Program-made: the position numbers and the translations under genes
The notes under the pieces: generated by a model
What the model saw: the letters and a program-made list of their open reading frames with translations, nothing else
The model's database searches: none
What the model was told of the DNA's origin: nothing
DNA from: a virus
Lineage: Duplodnaviria > Caudoviricetes
IMG/VR virus record: IMGVR_UViG_3300027763_000031
Coordinates: 1-64,000 of that record
DNA: 64,000 bases
Reading direction: 5' to 3' (one strand)
Shown here: positions 63,598 through 64,000 of the stretch, in pieces
Layout of the letters: every line of letters begins with the position of its first letter
Position numbering within the stretch: the stretch's first letter is position 1

Positions 63598-63933
63598 ATG
63601 ACCACCAAAAGAAAAAACTTGGATGAGACTCAGGATTTGACTCCCGATAGCGCCGAGGGCGCTGAGAGCCTTGGGAGCCTTGGGAACTTTGGGAGCCCCG
63701 AGATCCCTGAAGGCCCTGAACCAATTTTGGAAGTAAGCCCCAAGCAACTAAGCCCAATTCTTAAAGCCCTCTCTAAACCAAAAGTGCCTGAGGAAACTGC
63801 AGAGTTAGACAAAAATGAATTAACTCAATTTCCGATTAGTGACACACAAGTGGCACAAGAAGTAGTTAAAACCCGTCCCCAACCAAAGCGCACCCAACTT
63901 AGAAATACCCCTAGATTCTCAGCGCATAAGTAA
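63598..63933 (+). CDS. hypothetical low-complexity protein
   Basis: preceded by GGGTAAAA at 63567. Confidence 0.55.
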   Translation: MTTKRKNLDETQDLTPDSAEGAESLGSLGNFGSPEIPEGPEPILEVSPKQLSPILKALSKPKVPEETAELDKNELTQFPISDTQVAQEVVKTRPQPKRTQLRNTPRFSAHK

Positions 63934-64000
63934 TGGCACAAAGTCTCAGTTGCATACCGCTAACTCACAATTTAGCCAGGTTGATGCTATTTGCAGAATC

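Overview
A 64-kb piece of a large contractile-tailed (myovirus-type) phage genome. All credible genes are on the + strand. The host is most likely a cyanobacterium, judging from the DUF1517 gene and the cyanophage-type gene content. Left (1-29 kb): sigma70-type promoters, many short hypothetical ORFs including expanded paralog families, and nucleotide/host-takeover genes (ADP-ribosylglycohydrolase, Tmk, DEDD exonuclease, ATP-grasp, NDT-like protein, HD/(p)ppGpp hydrolase, TyrRS, DUF1517, metallophosphoesterase). Middle (29-38 kb): HNH nuclease, topoisomerase II subunit A, DNA methyltransferase and a mitochondrial Pol-gamma-like family A polymerase. Right (38-64 kb): virion genes. The main discovery is at 51.2-55.2 kb, an apparent ORF desert that is the major capsid gene split into 12 exons by 11 compact (259-280 nt), ORF-less group I introns. 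All 11 lie within the first 119 codons, and exons are as short as 8-10 nt. Manual splicing at U|...G boundaries supported by P1/P10 pairing gives one uninterrupted 351-aa capsid protein. The introns are combinatorial mosaics of shared peripheral modules, and one appears to end in A rather than G. All calls come from reading motifs by eye; no database searches were run.
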